This document shows, piece by piece, positions 27,544-44,915 of a stretch of 64,000 nucleotides of DNA (position 1 is the first letter of the stretch; every line of letters starts with the position of its first letter). Source of the DNA: the human T2T-CHM13v2.0 reference genome, Homo sapiens; assembly GCF_009914755.1 (NCBI RefSeq), contig NC_060942.1, one strand, 5' to 3'. The notes beneath the pieces were generated by a model. It was not told the DNA's origin, did no database searches, and saw nothing but the letters and a program-made list of their open reading frames with translations. A program made the translations under genes and the position numbers.

Positions 27544-27986
27544 TTCTGTAGTTGGAGTGTGTCCAGTTCTCTGTAAATTCCAATCTTGTTAATGTTCAAA
27601 AGCCTCCCCTCCCCAGCAGCTGCCGAGCGGTGGCCTGGGCCGAGCTCTGAGGTCTCTCCTGATGTTGGGGGCAAGGAAGGTAGCCAGATGGCTGAGTTCT
27701 TCCACTTGCTGGTGGCCTGTCGGAGGCAGGAGCTCCCTGGTATCTGCTTTAGCGAAGAAGGTTCTGTAGTTGGAGTGTGTCCAGTTCTCTGTAAATTCCA
27801 ATCTTGTTAATGTTCAAAAGCCTCCCCTCCCCAGCAGCTGCCGAGGGGTGGCCTGGGCTGAGCTCTGAGGTCTCTCCTGATGTTGGGGGCAAGGAAGGTA
27901 GCCAGATGGCTGAGTTCTTCCACTTGCTGGTGGGCCTGTCGGAGGCAGGAGCTCCCTGGTATCTGCTTTAGCGAAGAAGGTTCTGT
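27544..27986 (+). repeat. Tandem duplication, 2 x ~218 bp
   Basis: 27544-27761 repeated at 27762-27980 with two substitutions and one 1-nt indel; TTCTGT at all three boundaries. Confidence 0.95.
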
Positions 27987-30293
27987 GGGATCCTGGTGGT
28001 CTCTGAGGTGGTGGGTGTGGCTTTCATGGGAGCAGTGTTCAGCTCCACCCCAGGCCCTCTGTCACTGGGGACCTGCCACAGGAAGGGGCTTTGTCCCCTT
28101 TTGGTCCAGCCTGGGGAATGCCAGCTCCCAAGGCCCACTTTTGGCACTCCTGGAGCACTCTGGAAAAGCTCCAGTAGGTCCTCTTGGTAGTGCTGAGGCC
28201 CCAGAACTGGGATGGCAGGGCTGTCTCTGGCTTCCCAGCCATAGCGTCCTACACCCCACAGATCCCTTCTGCCCTCTAGCACAGGCAGCCAGCGGGTACC
28301 CAGCCTCTATGGTCACACAAGCTTCCTCTTGGCTGTCTCAATGCCCTTCTTCCATGGCGTGCCCTCATATGGACCCTCGATTCCGCGGCTCAGCGAGCAT
28401 CAGGCTGAAGGCCCGTTGTCTCCCCTTCTAGCAAGCTCCACAAGTGACTCTCCAGGATCCCTTTCCCATCCACCTACATGACAGGAAGCTTTTTGGGAGG
28501 AAAGGAAGTCACGTCTCCCCAGGCAGACAGAAGTCCCCAAGGCTGATTTTCCACCTCCTCCCAGGCCTAGTGTGCTCCCCACAGAAACCTGCCTGGGTGG
28601 TTGATGCATAAGGAAGGTTTCCAAGTCCTCTTAAGTTATTTGCAGAGGCGACGGCGGCCTCTGGTCAGGGCTCTCTGTAGAATGCAGGAACACCTAGCAT
28701 CTTTTGTTTACATCATCGACCCTTGGCTGTAATTCCAGAACAAGTGGAAAAGTCCCACATCACATCCTATTACTCATCCAAAAATAAAGAATAAAGGAAC
28801 TCTATGTGTACTGACACAAAATGACCTCAACAATAGATTGTGAAATTTTAAAAGCCAGGTTCGGAACACCATATGTAATGGCCCCAATTTGTAGGAAAAT
28901 GTAGGCTACAATCTACACATATGTGTCCATGGTCGTAGTCTATTTCTGAAAAGGCACAGGAAATGGGTAACAGTGGTTGCTTTGGGGGATGGGGCCTGGG
29001 GTCCCACTTTTCATTTTAGGCTTCTTTCAATGGAAGGTTCAGAGCAGGCACCAGCTGAGACAACAAGCTGGGAAGGCAGAGAGAAGGACCAATTAGAGTT
29101 GCCTTTACATTCATGAAGCAAAGGAAAGGAATGGGTGATAGAGGGAAAAGGTGGCATATGTGAAGCAAAGGGAGAAGGGCTTTGGTGCCCACAAAGGAAA
29201 CAAAGACATATTACTTTTATTAAATTTACTAGCCAGGCGCAATCTGCTTGCGAAGAGGATGAGAGGCAGTTTACCATAAAAGGCACCAGGGACTTATTAG
29301 TCTAAAAACAGGAAAAAGAACAGCCAGTGGAAAAGTAGTGAGGCGAGGGAATAATTGTTTCTATAACAAAGGCACAGACTTCACTCTTCCACCCTCATGC
29401 AAAGCACTTGCTCACACACTGTCTCATTTCAACATCACCGCCCCTTAAGGAGATGCTATGATCAACCCCACTTTGCAGATGAGGAAACTTCAGTCAGAAG
29501 CTGCCTTGGTTGGTGTAGATGGCACAGGGGACCAGCCTCCACTTTTTTTCATTCCAAGCGTGATTCTTTTTTCTGCATATGCTCCCAGAAGTCTAGTGCC
29601 CTAGATAATAATAATAATAATGGTACTTTTGCATGTGCATATGAGAAGCCCCTGACATGTGTACCATCTCAATCCGTCCTCTCACCAAATGTTGCTCTTA
29701 GTCGTGTTTGCACCTTCACTCTACAGAAGGGGAAACAGGTTCAGAGATGTTCAGTGACTTTGATAGGGTCACAGAATTTGAGATTGGTTGAGCAAGAATT
29801 GAGTCCTGGGTTCATAGCTCCACCTCCCTGCCCTGAAGGGGCCAGCACACCCTTTGGCCCACCAGAGAATTCTGCCTAGTGACAAGTACCGTGACCATTG
29901 GCTCAGCATCCTCTCTGAAGTTTCTGACTTCCAATGCTGCAAGCTGAAATGCAAAAGGGAGAATTTAAGTTTAAAACAAAGTAGCTCTGACAGAGTGAAG
30001 TCTTCAGATATGGAATTTACTTCTAAGATAAATAGTAAAACCCTACATTGCAGCATGGGAAAGAAGGAGGTTCCCTGAAAGTTTCATCAGATAACGAAGT
30101 CTCTCACTTCAATAGCTCAGTGTATTACGTAGAACACGCTCCTAGTTTTTCTTCCCAATCACATCGGCTTGTTCCACCTATTACACAAATGTGGGAATAA
30201 ACCATGAGCATCTTGAGACCTGGCTTTACATTCTTCATCTGCATTTTTCAACAGCCCAGGACAAGGCCCGGCAAAGAAGGGCCTCAAAAATGT

Positions 30294-31148
30294 TGGATAG
30301 ATGAATGTATGGAGGAATGGATGCATGGTTGAATGGATGGATGGATGGATCCATGGATGGATGGAATGGATAAATGGATGGATGGATGGATGGATGGATG
30401 GATGGATGGATGGATGGATGCATGGATGGATGATGCATGGATGGATGATGCATGGATGGATGGATGCATGGATGGATGGATGCATGGATGAGTGGACGCA
30501 TGGATGGATGAATGAATGGATGCATGGATGGATGGAATGGAATGGATGGATGAATGGCTGGATGGATGGATGGATGGAGGCATGGATGGATGGTTGGATG
30601 CATTGATGGATGGATGCTTGGATGGATAGATGCATGGATGGGTGGATGCATGGATGGACGAATGAATGGATGCATGGATGGATGGATGGATGCATGGATG
30701 AGTGGATGCACGGATGGATGAATGAATGGATGCAAGGATGGATGTATGGATGCATGGATGGATGCATGCATGGATGGATGGATGCATGGATGAATGGATG
30801 CATGGATGAATGGATGCATGGATGTGTGGATGCATGGATGTATGGATGAATGGGTGCATGGATGAATGGATGCATAGATGGATGGATGCATGGATGAATG
30901 GATGCATGGATGGGTGGGTGCATGGATGAATGGATGCATGGATGGGTGCATTCATGGATGTGCGGATGTATAGATGTATGGATGAATGGGTGCATGGATG
31001 AATGGATGCATAGATGGATGCATGAATATGTGGATGCATGGATGGATGCACGGATGGGTGGATGCATGGATAGATGGATGCATGGATGAATGGATGGATG
31101 GACAGAGAGATGGATAGGTAAATGGGTGTATGGATGAGTAAATGAATA
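30294..31148 (+). repeat. (GGAT)n / (GGATGCAT)n compound satellite, ~850 bp
   Basis: Continuous GGAT units interspersed with GCAT and GAAT; directly follows an L2-like 3' end (CTCAAAAATGTTGGATAGATGAATG). Confidence 0.95.
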
Positions 31149-33232
31149 AATTTTTCCTGCATGCCCACTTCTATATAAGCCTCATTGGGAATACAGCATC
31201 AACGCCTTGAGTGCTCTGGGTACCCTCACCCATCATAAAAGCTTTGAGATTTTCCTCCCCGTTATGCCCTTAGGGAGCTGCCAAGTTTAAAAGAAATCCA
31301 GTTGCCAAAAACTAAAGATAAATCCTCGGCTTTCTTTATTCTTAAAAGTGTTAACCTCTTCCTGGTTAATGACCCCTCTGGTCCATGACATTGCAGGGAT
31401 CCTATCTATTTGGCTTACTCTTGTATATCCAGCACTTAGCAGAATGACTGGAACACAAGAGACACCCAATCAATAGTTACTCAATGAATGAATGCACTCA
31501 CGTCAATCTCCCATTGAGGACCTCCTCCTTCACCTGCTTATCCACTCTGGCTCACCAATTACAGAGAACATCAGAGGTCATCAGCAAGGTGGAATCTATT
31601 CGCTGTGGTTCAACTTTGTCTCCCGAACTGCATGGTAAGCATCTCCTACTTCTGATGTACCCCTTGCAGCACGGGACAGTGCTGGGAGCATAGCTGATAA
31701 TCAATACATACTTGTAAATAGCATGATTGGCCTCCCTACTGGCCTTAGAGGCACTGAATCAAGTAGTTATAAACCCACCTGTACATGTAAAGCAGCCCCT
31801 GCTCTTTTCATGAGCCCTGGCTCCTCACCCCATCTCTGTTTAAGAGCTCTGGATGTCTCTGTTCTCGTGTGTTTAAGTGTATTGGCATCTGTTCTCTTTC
31901 TGGCTGTTGCTCATATAAAATCTATTTATTTCCTTTACTAGTGACCACTAAACATTATTGAGTGTTGTGCCTATCCAAAAAGAATGGACTATCACTCCCA
32001 ATATATGTATATGTTTACTTATAAGTTATACAGATGTTTGAATATATTGTATACATTAACATCACATATAAGATATAGATACTAAAAAGGATTAAATAAA
32101 TACTGAGGTTCTAACACTTTCTTCTGGCACCACAGAAGACCCCCTGCATCCCTCCAGGAGAGCTTAGTTCTAAGCTGGAGACTCCTGGCCAAGAGTCCAG
32201 AAACGCAACTCACTTATCTCCTCTGTTTGCGGGACACTTGTGCCTGCGGAAGATGAGGAAGATAATAGCAATAAAAACAACATTAAAAACAGCTGCCATT
32301 TCTTAAGTATTTATTATGAGCCAGGCACTGGGCTAAGACTTTTAAGCCAATTATTCTCATTTAAGTGGGTACTGTCATATTTCATAATATATATTATATA
32401 TATAAATATATAATATATAAATATATAATAAATATGCAAATATATATTCATAGATTGTAGCTTACTTACCTATATGGTGCGGAAAATGGCAATGTTTGAG
32501 AATCCTCATATTTCTTTTTTTTTTTTTACCACTGAGATGGTATTTTAACTTCTTTCTCCATCTCCAAAGCCTGCTGATGCAGGAGTTGGGATGCGGGATA
32601 GAACTGGCACTGAACTTGGAATCAAAAGATGTGGACTTGAATCCCAATCTGGCTCCTCAGGAGCTAAGCAAGCCCCCTGAAAGCATTTCATGTTAGTGAT
32701 GTCACTCTTCTCATCTGTAAAATGGGAATACTTTTAGGTATTTTGCCTTGCTATCATGAGGATTTAGTGAAAGGAAATGCTGCAAAGCATTAAACCTGTG
32801 TGTAGCGGAGTGTTCCATCCACCCCACAATCACTTGAGCCATGACATGCAAGAGTACCCATGTGAAGGTGTGCAAAGCGAGGCGGGAGAAGCCTCTTGGA
32901 GAAACCCCACTTTTCTATGGCTGATCCGGGGTCTTCCTGGCTTCAACCAGCGTCCCTTTCACCCATCATGCCCAAGGGCAAAGTACTATCAGGTTCTGGG
33001 ATTGCCTTCTCTAGTATCTATCAGCTATGGCTACCAGTTGTCCTCTACAGGGAATGTCCTTCTTTTGGCCTGAAATGTCAGCTCTTCCTTCATTTTTCCT
33101 TCCTCATTCTTCTTCCAGAATCAAAAAGGAGACATAATTTTCCTTGTACAAAACACCAAGCCTTGTCCTTGCTATTACTCAAGCCTAAAGGAGAAGCAGT
33201 TCCATGTGGGCAATATTAGCAATGATGGCTGA

Positions 33233-33518
33233 TTTTTTTTCTTTTGAGACAGGATCTCACTTGTCACCCAGGCTGGAGTGCAGTGGCATGATCATGGTTC
33301 ACAGCAGCCTCAACCTCCCCAGTCTCAGGTGATCCTCCCACCTCAGCCTCCCGAGTAGCTAGGACTACAGGTGCTCAGCTAATTTTTTTGTGTTTTTTTG
33401 TAGAGATGGGGTCTTGCCATGGTGCCCAGGCTGGTCTGGAACTCCTGGGCTTAAGTGATCTACCTGCCTTGGCCTCTTAAAGTGCTAGGATTACAGGTGT
33501 AAGCCACCACGCCTGGCC
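33233..33518 (-). mobile_element. AluJ element
   Basis: Reverse-complement Alu dimer; TSD ATGGCTGAT(T/C)TTT. Confidence 0.88.
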
Positions 33519-34893
33519 AATGGCTGATCTTTGAAGCCCCAGAGAACAACGTAGATGAAATTTGTAGATGGAGAAAGAAGTTAAAATACCATCTCAGTGG
33601 CAAAAAAAAAAAAAAAAAGAAATATGAGGATTTTCAAACATTGCCATTTTTCTGCACCATATAGGTAAGTAAGCTACAATATATGAATATATATAATTAT
33701 ATTATGAAATATTATAGGATGCATGAAGTTGCAGAGGAAGCATTGCACTTCATCTTTCATTCACAGGTTCATTCATCCTTTCAGCCCCAAGTCAGGTGCT
33801 GGGCAGATCCATGAAATAACAATAGTATCTCTTCCTCATCACTCCATGGTCAAAGCTTTAGAACCTGCCCAGGGAGCTGGGCTATGTCTGAAAGTTTAAA
33901 GAACCTGGTGGAGGACAGAGCTGCATGGCCCAGGACAGTTCCCCATGTATAAGCCGGGAGGCAGATGTCCATCCAGGGGGGTCTGAGGGAGGGCCTCTGT
34001 GCCAAGGCCTCATCTCCAATGGCCCCTGATAAAATTCCAGTATGCTGGCTGAGAGTGTGGCCCACGAATCTATTAGCACTTTAATATGAGCTAACTTATC
34101 ATAGTCTCAGCAGGAGAACAGAATGGAAAAGGATCAGAAAGCAAATCAAGTAAGCTTTCGTATACTTAATTTTTTGGATTGGTATTATACTAACATGGTT
34201 CAAAATTGAAACTATGCAAAGGAGTACAGTGAGAGTTGTCCATACCACTTCCAAACTCCAGGTCGCCCATTTCCTTTCTCATGGCAACTACCATGAGCAG
34301 TTCTCAGATGTCCTTCCAGACAAATAAGCACAGTTTGCTGTCCTTCTTGTTTTTTTTTTTACTGAAATGGAATTGTGTTATACATGCTGCTGGGTATCCT
34401 GCTTCTTTCATTTCATAGAAATTTGAGAATGTTCTGTGTGTTTTTAAAAGTATAATAGATCCTTAAGATTGTTTCATTGGTGTGCAACAACAAAAAAAAC
34501 CCCACACATTTCACATTATTTTTGTTTGTTTGATCTTTTTTCTTTCTTTCTTTCTTTTTTTTTCATTTCACATTATTTTTTAATGGCTCCAGAATGTTTA
34601 TGAGTATACCTTATGCTATTTGGCCGGTATCTTTCAAGTAGATATCTGGTGTGTTTCCAATCTTTTGCTATATAAGCAATACTGCAATTTTGCACACACT
34701 TGTACAATAAATTCCTAAAGGAGGAATTGTGTGTCAAAAGACATAGACATTTGTAGTTTTAATAGATATTACCAAATCGTCTTGCAATTTGTATGCATCT
34801 ACACTTCCATCGTCAGTATATGAACACGCCTGCTCCTCACACTGTTGCCAACACGGTGTTAAGCTAGCAAATTTTGAAAATGGGCAAAAGGCA

Positions 34894-35522
<629 letters not shown>

Positions 35523-36315
35523 CTAGTGGCCTCTGGATTGGCTGGTATACAGTGCATGGGGGGACAGCCATAATTAGTTCTCTCCCTGCAGGCAGGGATT
35601 TGGTTTCTCCAACAAGATGGTGAAGTGTGAGAAAGGAGGGCTCCATCTTTGCCCACTCCCTCCTCTCACTCTTTTCTGCAAGGGTGATCTGATTAACTGG
35701 GGCCTCCAGTAACGGCCTCTGACCTCTGTCTTTTGGTCTTTTGGTCAGTAGAAGACAGGCTCTTCTTTAGCTTTCTGAGGACAAGGCTAGTCTTCTTTGG
35801 GGCTTAGATAGCAGTGTGAGTGTCAGAGGCTAAACCTAGCCCCCTTTCCCTTATCTTTGTTATCTGTTGGTTTCTCCTAAGGGATAGGCAGATATGGTGG
35901 CCCTATCTCCCCAGCACTCTCGGTACAGAACCAAAAGCACAGATAACCCTAAATACCACAAATGAATGGAAGAAAAGCCACATTTGTTTTTAAAGACCAA
36001 GAAAATGAAACCATAAGAAAGTTAACGGAAAATGTAGGTAAAAAACCTTTAAGGTGGGGAGAGATTTTTTTTAAGCATAGAGCAATAGAATAAGTGACAA
36101 AGTAAGCAATTGATAGATATAATTACACATACACACATATTTAACCTCTTAAAATTAAAAGACAATGAGTTTGGAAATTATTTGCAACAAAAACATATAT
36201 CATTAATATATCCTTAATATAAACAAGCATAATATGTCCTAATATAAAAAGAGCTTTTAGACAGTAGTTAGAAAAAAATACTAAACTCTCAGTAGAAAAA
36301 TGGGCAAAAACATGA

Positions 36316-37010
<695 letters not shown>

Positions 37011-38786
37011 CTTAGCAAGGGTGCAAAGTGGAGCACATCATTGATTAAAGTACAAATCAGTATTGAATTTTTCCATAGTAACTTATATATACACACATAC
37101 ACATCAATATATGCTCATAAATATATATATATTCTTTTCATATAAAATGAAGAAGTGACTAGAAGGAAACACCACCGTAGTGATTGTAAGAACAGTGTAA
37201 GTGATTGTGATTGCTTCTACTTTCTTCTAAGCTTCCAGAAATCAGAATAAAATACTTTCAAAATAGGAAATATTAAAAAGCATTTCAAAGCAAATAAAAA
37301 GTCCTGTATGCCAGCAGCCCCACAAAGAGAGGTTTTGAGTGCCATGCTATATTTTGAGTACAGCTGCTCAAAGCACATTGAGGGAATTTCTCACCAAAAA
37401 AAAAAAAAAAAAGAAGATTATGGGGGATTCGACTTCCTTTTCTAGAAATGTGTAGAGAATTCCCCCACAACAGTGAAAACTTTGCTGTAAATTACTCTCT
37501 TTTGGATTAGGAGGACCTAAGGCCCAGAACTTGTAGGAAGTGGGTTTAGTCTTGGAAATCCCAGCGTGGAGTTTCTCTATCTTGGAGTCAAGAAAACCCA
37601 GCTGTGACCTCCAGGCCTGGAATGTACGAGACACCCAATGCCACTGCCATGACATGACATGGTGTCCCATGGACACCAGCAGCCACAGAGTTCACTCACT
37701 GAGGTGTCGTCTCCTCCTCCACCATAATGATGGCTCAGCCACTCTCTCTGTCTGGTTCTGCCCCCACTGCCAACTGCCCAATCCCTGGCATGTTTCAACA
37801 TTCAAACCCCTGGGAGAGAAAGGACCTGACTGGTTCAGCTACTCATCATTGTCCAAACTAAGTGTTCTCACAAACCAGTCTTCAGTACAAACATTAGCCA
37901 ATCACCTGGAGCTAGAGGAACTGAATGAGGCCACTGGGGAGGGCTCCTATCTTTCCAGAAAGGGACTAAGATGGTTTCCCTCAAAAGAGATTGGAGAGAT
38001 GAGAGGTACGCTAGGCCATGTATACAAAGAGTGGCTGGGTCCCACATGGAGACCATGGCTTAAGGACCTTTCCCCTAGGGTGTGGGAGTCCTTGAGCAAA
38101 TTACTTAGCTTCTCTTCTGGAAGTTTCTACTTTCTCACTGATAAAGTGAGAATCTTAATTCAGCCTTTTTCATAGTATTATGAGGATTTAATGGGTAATG
38201 TACATTCAGCACTTATCACAATGCCTGCACATATGAGGCACACACTAAACCCTAACGGTTCTCGTTATATAATGCGTGTGAGCAGGAAGCAGGCTGAGTC
38301 GGTTGTGTCAACTGAACCTACCAGCAGATAGGGATGCAAGTTTTATTCACTGTCTCCTAAAATATGTTCATTTTCTCCTCCAGATCTTTGCTAACACCTA
38401 GACAGGGCTAAATATAGCTGATACTTTGAAAAATGTGTTTTAAAGTGAGAATCTGCATTATCTCTGAATGAGTGATAGCTCACTCAGAAGCAGCATATTC
38501 TCTGAATTTAACAGGTCTCAAGTCCATCTCATCCCTGCTATTATTACCAACTATTGTTGGTAATACTTGCTGTTATTAGCAACTATTGATGGTAGTCCTA
38601 TTATTCTTGGTAATATTATTGTTGGACTCTTTCTCTATGGTTCAGTCAGGCCTGAATTCCAATAATTAGCTAATAGCCAGCAAACACTAGCATCTTTCCA
38701 GACCAATAAACATTATTTTGACATTCTAATAGTAATAAGGATGCACTTATCAGACATATATTTTTAAATATGTGAAAACAAAGTCC

Positions 38787-39748
<962 letters not shown>

Positions 39749-42581
39749 AGTCCTGCACACAAATGCAGCTTATAGATCAGTATCAGGTGCTAATGGTTAA
39801 CACACTGATGATATTGAGTATTGACATCTTTACTTGGAATCATATTTTATTATTTTAGCAAGAGTTATAATTTGTCTTCTAATCAAGCTATTTAAATGGC
39901 TTTCTGCATTCTGCCAAAATATTTCCTAAAATTCCACCAGTACAAATTAAGTCCTTTGTGTTCATATTTACCCATCCAGAGGCTCCTCTTTCAAAATGCC
40001 TAAAGAAGGGAGAGCCTGATGTTTCTAGGTCTTAAAACTCAAACCCTCTGTAGCCAAACTTATTTTCTACTTTAAACCAGCTTTTCTCCAGTATCTACCA
40101 AGCAGAAGCAATGAAATCCAGAAACCATGGCCTGCCCATCTTTGTCACTCCCTCTTCATCCTCTACAACCAAGGCCTGATACGCACCCACTGCCCCTCCT
40201 TCCTTCCCATCGCCCTCCCCACCCCCACATCTGCTAATTACTGCCTTGTGGCAGTCAGGGAGAGCCTCCTAAAACACAAATGTAGTCGTGGTGCTCCCCT
40301 GCTTAAACATCTTCCGTGCTTCTCCTTGCTCCCAGGACAGAGTCCAATCTGCAGCGTGGCCCGCCAGGACTTGTACGAGCTCTCCCAGCGTCCCAGCCCA
40401 GCTGTGTGTTGTACACTTCCCACTCCAGCCCCACACTCCAGTGTTATCAGCTGCTCTGTCTCCCATGCCACACTCTCACTGCAGGCTTCTGGCATCTTGT
40501 TTCCTCCTCCTAGGACACAGCCTCCCTCTCTTTTCACAGGCTAGCTTCTACCTACTTCCTTGTCTTGGCTCAGGCACCATTTCCTACAGGAAGCCTTCTT
40601 AGATCTTTAAGTGCCTTACTATGTGCTCCCATAGTATTTATCACATGGTTGGTTACTAACACCTCTTTATACTTCACTTGTATTTCTCTCTCTCAGCGGG
40701 TTAGGGATTACATCAATTTCATTCATGAGTATCTCCAGAACTTAGAGTGGTACCTTGACCACAGTAGGCACACAATTACTATTGAATGATTAACACATTA
40801 ACAACCTTTGTCCTAGACTAGTAGTTCTTAACCATAATGAACCGTTGTCAACAACAACAACAAAAAAATTCCGCAGACTTCCCCATATAATAGCAGTTTG
40901 TACTTTTAAAATCAATTGATTAAGAAAATGCATAATGACCAAAAGTTATATTGAATTCAGTATAACATTGAAATAAATTTATATTTTATCAATGGTAACA
41001 GTACCCACATATATTCAAAGGCTTGGTACACAAGTGGAAGTTTCAGGCCCTTGCAGCCTCTCTGAGGTGTCCCTCCTCCATGGTGCAGCCTGCAGGGAAT
41101 GAGGTTCTAAGGTGGGAGACAGCCTTAAAAGGGTCAGGGCCTCAGCTTTTCCTAATTCACAATTTTGCCTAGTGATGGACCTGTATTTGAGGACTAATGA
41201 AAACCAAGAATGACACTGAAAAGGAGAGTAAGAATGTAATTAGTATCTGGAAAGTAAATTCGTTCTCCCAGAACACATAGGTTTTATTCTAGTGGCTAGC
41301 CAGTGTTAAAAACTAATGCTGATGCAGGAAATTAGTCATCTTCGTGTACCCCAATTCCTGGGAATGGAGGGATGCCCAGGAGCCTGGTGGGAATAGGGGC
41401 TGTAGGCTGTATTCTTACAGTGTATCGGGTTCTCACGACTGGTGCTCAGACCTGTGGATCTTTTTCATTTCTTTTCACTTTGGGCCCTCACCCCCCTCCC
41501 CCGACCAACAAACCCACATTGCAAGGCAGCTCAGAATGGAAGCTGTGCCAGCTGATGTGGCCCTTTTGAAGGAGAGCTCACAAGAGGCACCCATGAACCC
41601 CCATCCAACCTTTCTACCAGCTCTCCTGTCCCGCCATGGTCATCGCTCACGTGGACTTCGCTAAAGCCTCTTCGCTTCCACTCTTACCCTTCTCCACCCT
41701 CCTCTTCTCACTGATCCTTTCAGAATACAAATAACACCCTTCAATAGCTCTTGGGATAAAGACAGAAACCCCACCCCCACCTTTGTCCCCAAGGTCCCAC
41801 AGCATAGCACCTTCCCTACCACATGGTCTCGTCGTGGGCCTTCTCCCACTCCTCATCTGCTCCAACCACACAGACTCACCTCCGGTTCCCCATTTCAGGC
41901 CTTCACAGATGCTGTCCCCTCTACCAGATATATCTCCAGCCCTGTTCCTTTGCCTAGACAATTCCTATCCCTCATCCAGAGCTCAGGCCTAACCACACTT
42001 CTTGGAGGAATCTTTTCATGATTCCAGTACTAGCTCAGGCCCCCTCATTGTATCCACCTGGCACCCCAGGCACCTGTACTGCAGCACTTCCAGCTGATCC
42101 GGCTCCCTACCAGGATCAAGTTAAAGCTCCCCTAACTCCCACTCAGTCTGGCCTCTGGACTGTCGAGTGTCAAAGCCCTCTGCCTCCAAGTGGAGATCAC
42201 TCGTTGGTGCTTACAGCTTCACCACGACCTTTAACATGAAGCCAGCCGGGCTTTAGGCAGAAATTTTAGTCCTTTGATGTCTCACTGCACTTGTCCTCAG
42301 CTTTGGGAGGAGACACAAAGTCTTCCTGCATCTGTTGCTAGGGTCAGAGGCTGTGGAGCCCTGCTTCTGGTCATGCTCCCAAGCAATGAAAGAACAGTAA
42401 GATAAAACCCCAAATGCAAAAGCCTACCCTCCCCACCTCCCAACCACTAGCCCACTCCTCGAAGGAACTACCAGCAATTACGCTATTTGTATCCCTCAAG
42501 GAAAAAAAAGAAAAAGTATGCTATTCCCACCAAATAAGTACATGTACAAATAAACATATGCACATAAGTATGTATTCAATT

Positions 42582-42904
<323 letters not shown>

Positions 42905-43577
42905 TAATTTTTTATTTATATCCAATGTATTCTGATATATTTTTGACTTGGAAGTTATGGGGTTAATCATCATCCTTCACCCCAATTCCTGATCTTGTCT
43001 TTTTCTTTTTCTGTGTAAATATCGGCACAGTATTACATTGGATGGCTGTATTATTTACTTAACCAGTCTACCATACAAATATTTAGTTTGTTTCAGTTTT
43101 CTCTTACAAACAATGTGGTAATGAATATTCTTATGTACATGTTTAGTGTACTATTGTGAATATATGTATAAATTCTCAGTAACGGAATTGCTGGGTCGAG
43201 AGGAATGCACATTTCCAATTTTGATAGGTATTGTCAAATTGTTCATTTAAAAGTAGGCCACTACCACTTCTGGTAATGTTGATAGTGTTGAAGAGTGGCA
43301 GATTGCCCACGGCAGGGCCAATACCAAATATTAACAAGCTTCTAAGTTTCACTTATGTGTTAACTGAGAATCGATATCTCATCTACACTTACATAATTAG
43401 GAGTGAAGTTAACTATGTTTTCATGTGTTTATTTTTCTGTAAACTTCACATTCATATCCTTTCCAGATTTCCATCTTGAATTACTCAATGTGATTGCATT
43501 CTCTATTGCTAATTTTTCCTTGGATTTTTTTGTTTTTGTCTTTTGACTTTATTTATTTGAATCATCTAATGTTCAGA

Positions 43578-43888
<311 letters not shown>

Positions 43889-44172
43889 CAGAAATTCTTG
43901 ATTTTAGGCTTTGCATGCTTAAGAATGCATTCCCTGGCCCAAAATTATATTCATTTTAAAATCTATTTTAAAGTTCTACACAATTGCCACAGGCTGTCTT
44001 GAAGATTAAGCTGAATTTCTACAGCCCCTAACCCCCATTGAGACATCATAGCTTCAACAAAATGCTGACAGTTGATCTGCCTTTTGTCAGTCCTAGCTGA
44101 AATTTCCCCCTACTCACAAATTCAGCCAAAAAAAAAAAAAAAAGCCAATATACCTGAGGTTAATTCAACTGA

Positions 44173-44513
<341 letters not shown>

Positions 44514-44915
44514 TGATTTTTTTTTTTAACATCTTTATACAATCTGGATTGAAGAAGACATCCCATCAATTCAGACATCCAGTTCTAATTAAAATCTTGC
44601 TCTTAAAACATGAGAATCTATTTGAATGCTTTTTCGAAAGCTTTCAGACACAATGATTTCCTTGGTAGTCTTTGGCCTTCTGTGTGCAGCACCATCAGCT
44701 GACCTATTCCTAAGAGGAGCTGGGATTTTTCTGATGGCTTATGAACTAGCTTATACTTTATGTGTGTGTGGTGCAGGGGAGGGATGGGCAAAATGGGGGT
44801 GAGCTGCACAGGTGACTATTAAAGGGAACTGCAGCAGTGTAAGCCTGAAGAAATTCAGTATTTCTAAAACTCCCAACATCATGGGACTTCTCTCCATGAT
44901 TTTTAAGTAGGAGTA

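Noticed and set aside
30159-31168. Long ORFs of 238-302 aa (MHPSIH repeats) and their W/M/D/G-rich counterparts
   Set aside because: Translation of the GGAT satellite, which lacks stop codons in several frames; no coding evidence.
37540-38175. 211 aa ORF
   Set aside because: Non-ATG start, no domain or splice support; probably overlaps degraded repeat sequence.
38542-38565. 10-bp perfect hairpin TATTACCAAC-TATT-GTTGGTAATA
   Set aside because: Short, AT-rich and in low-complexity repeated sequence; plausible by chance or slippage.
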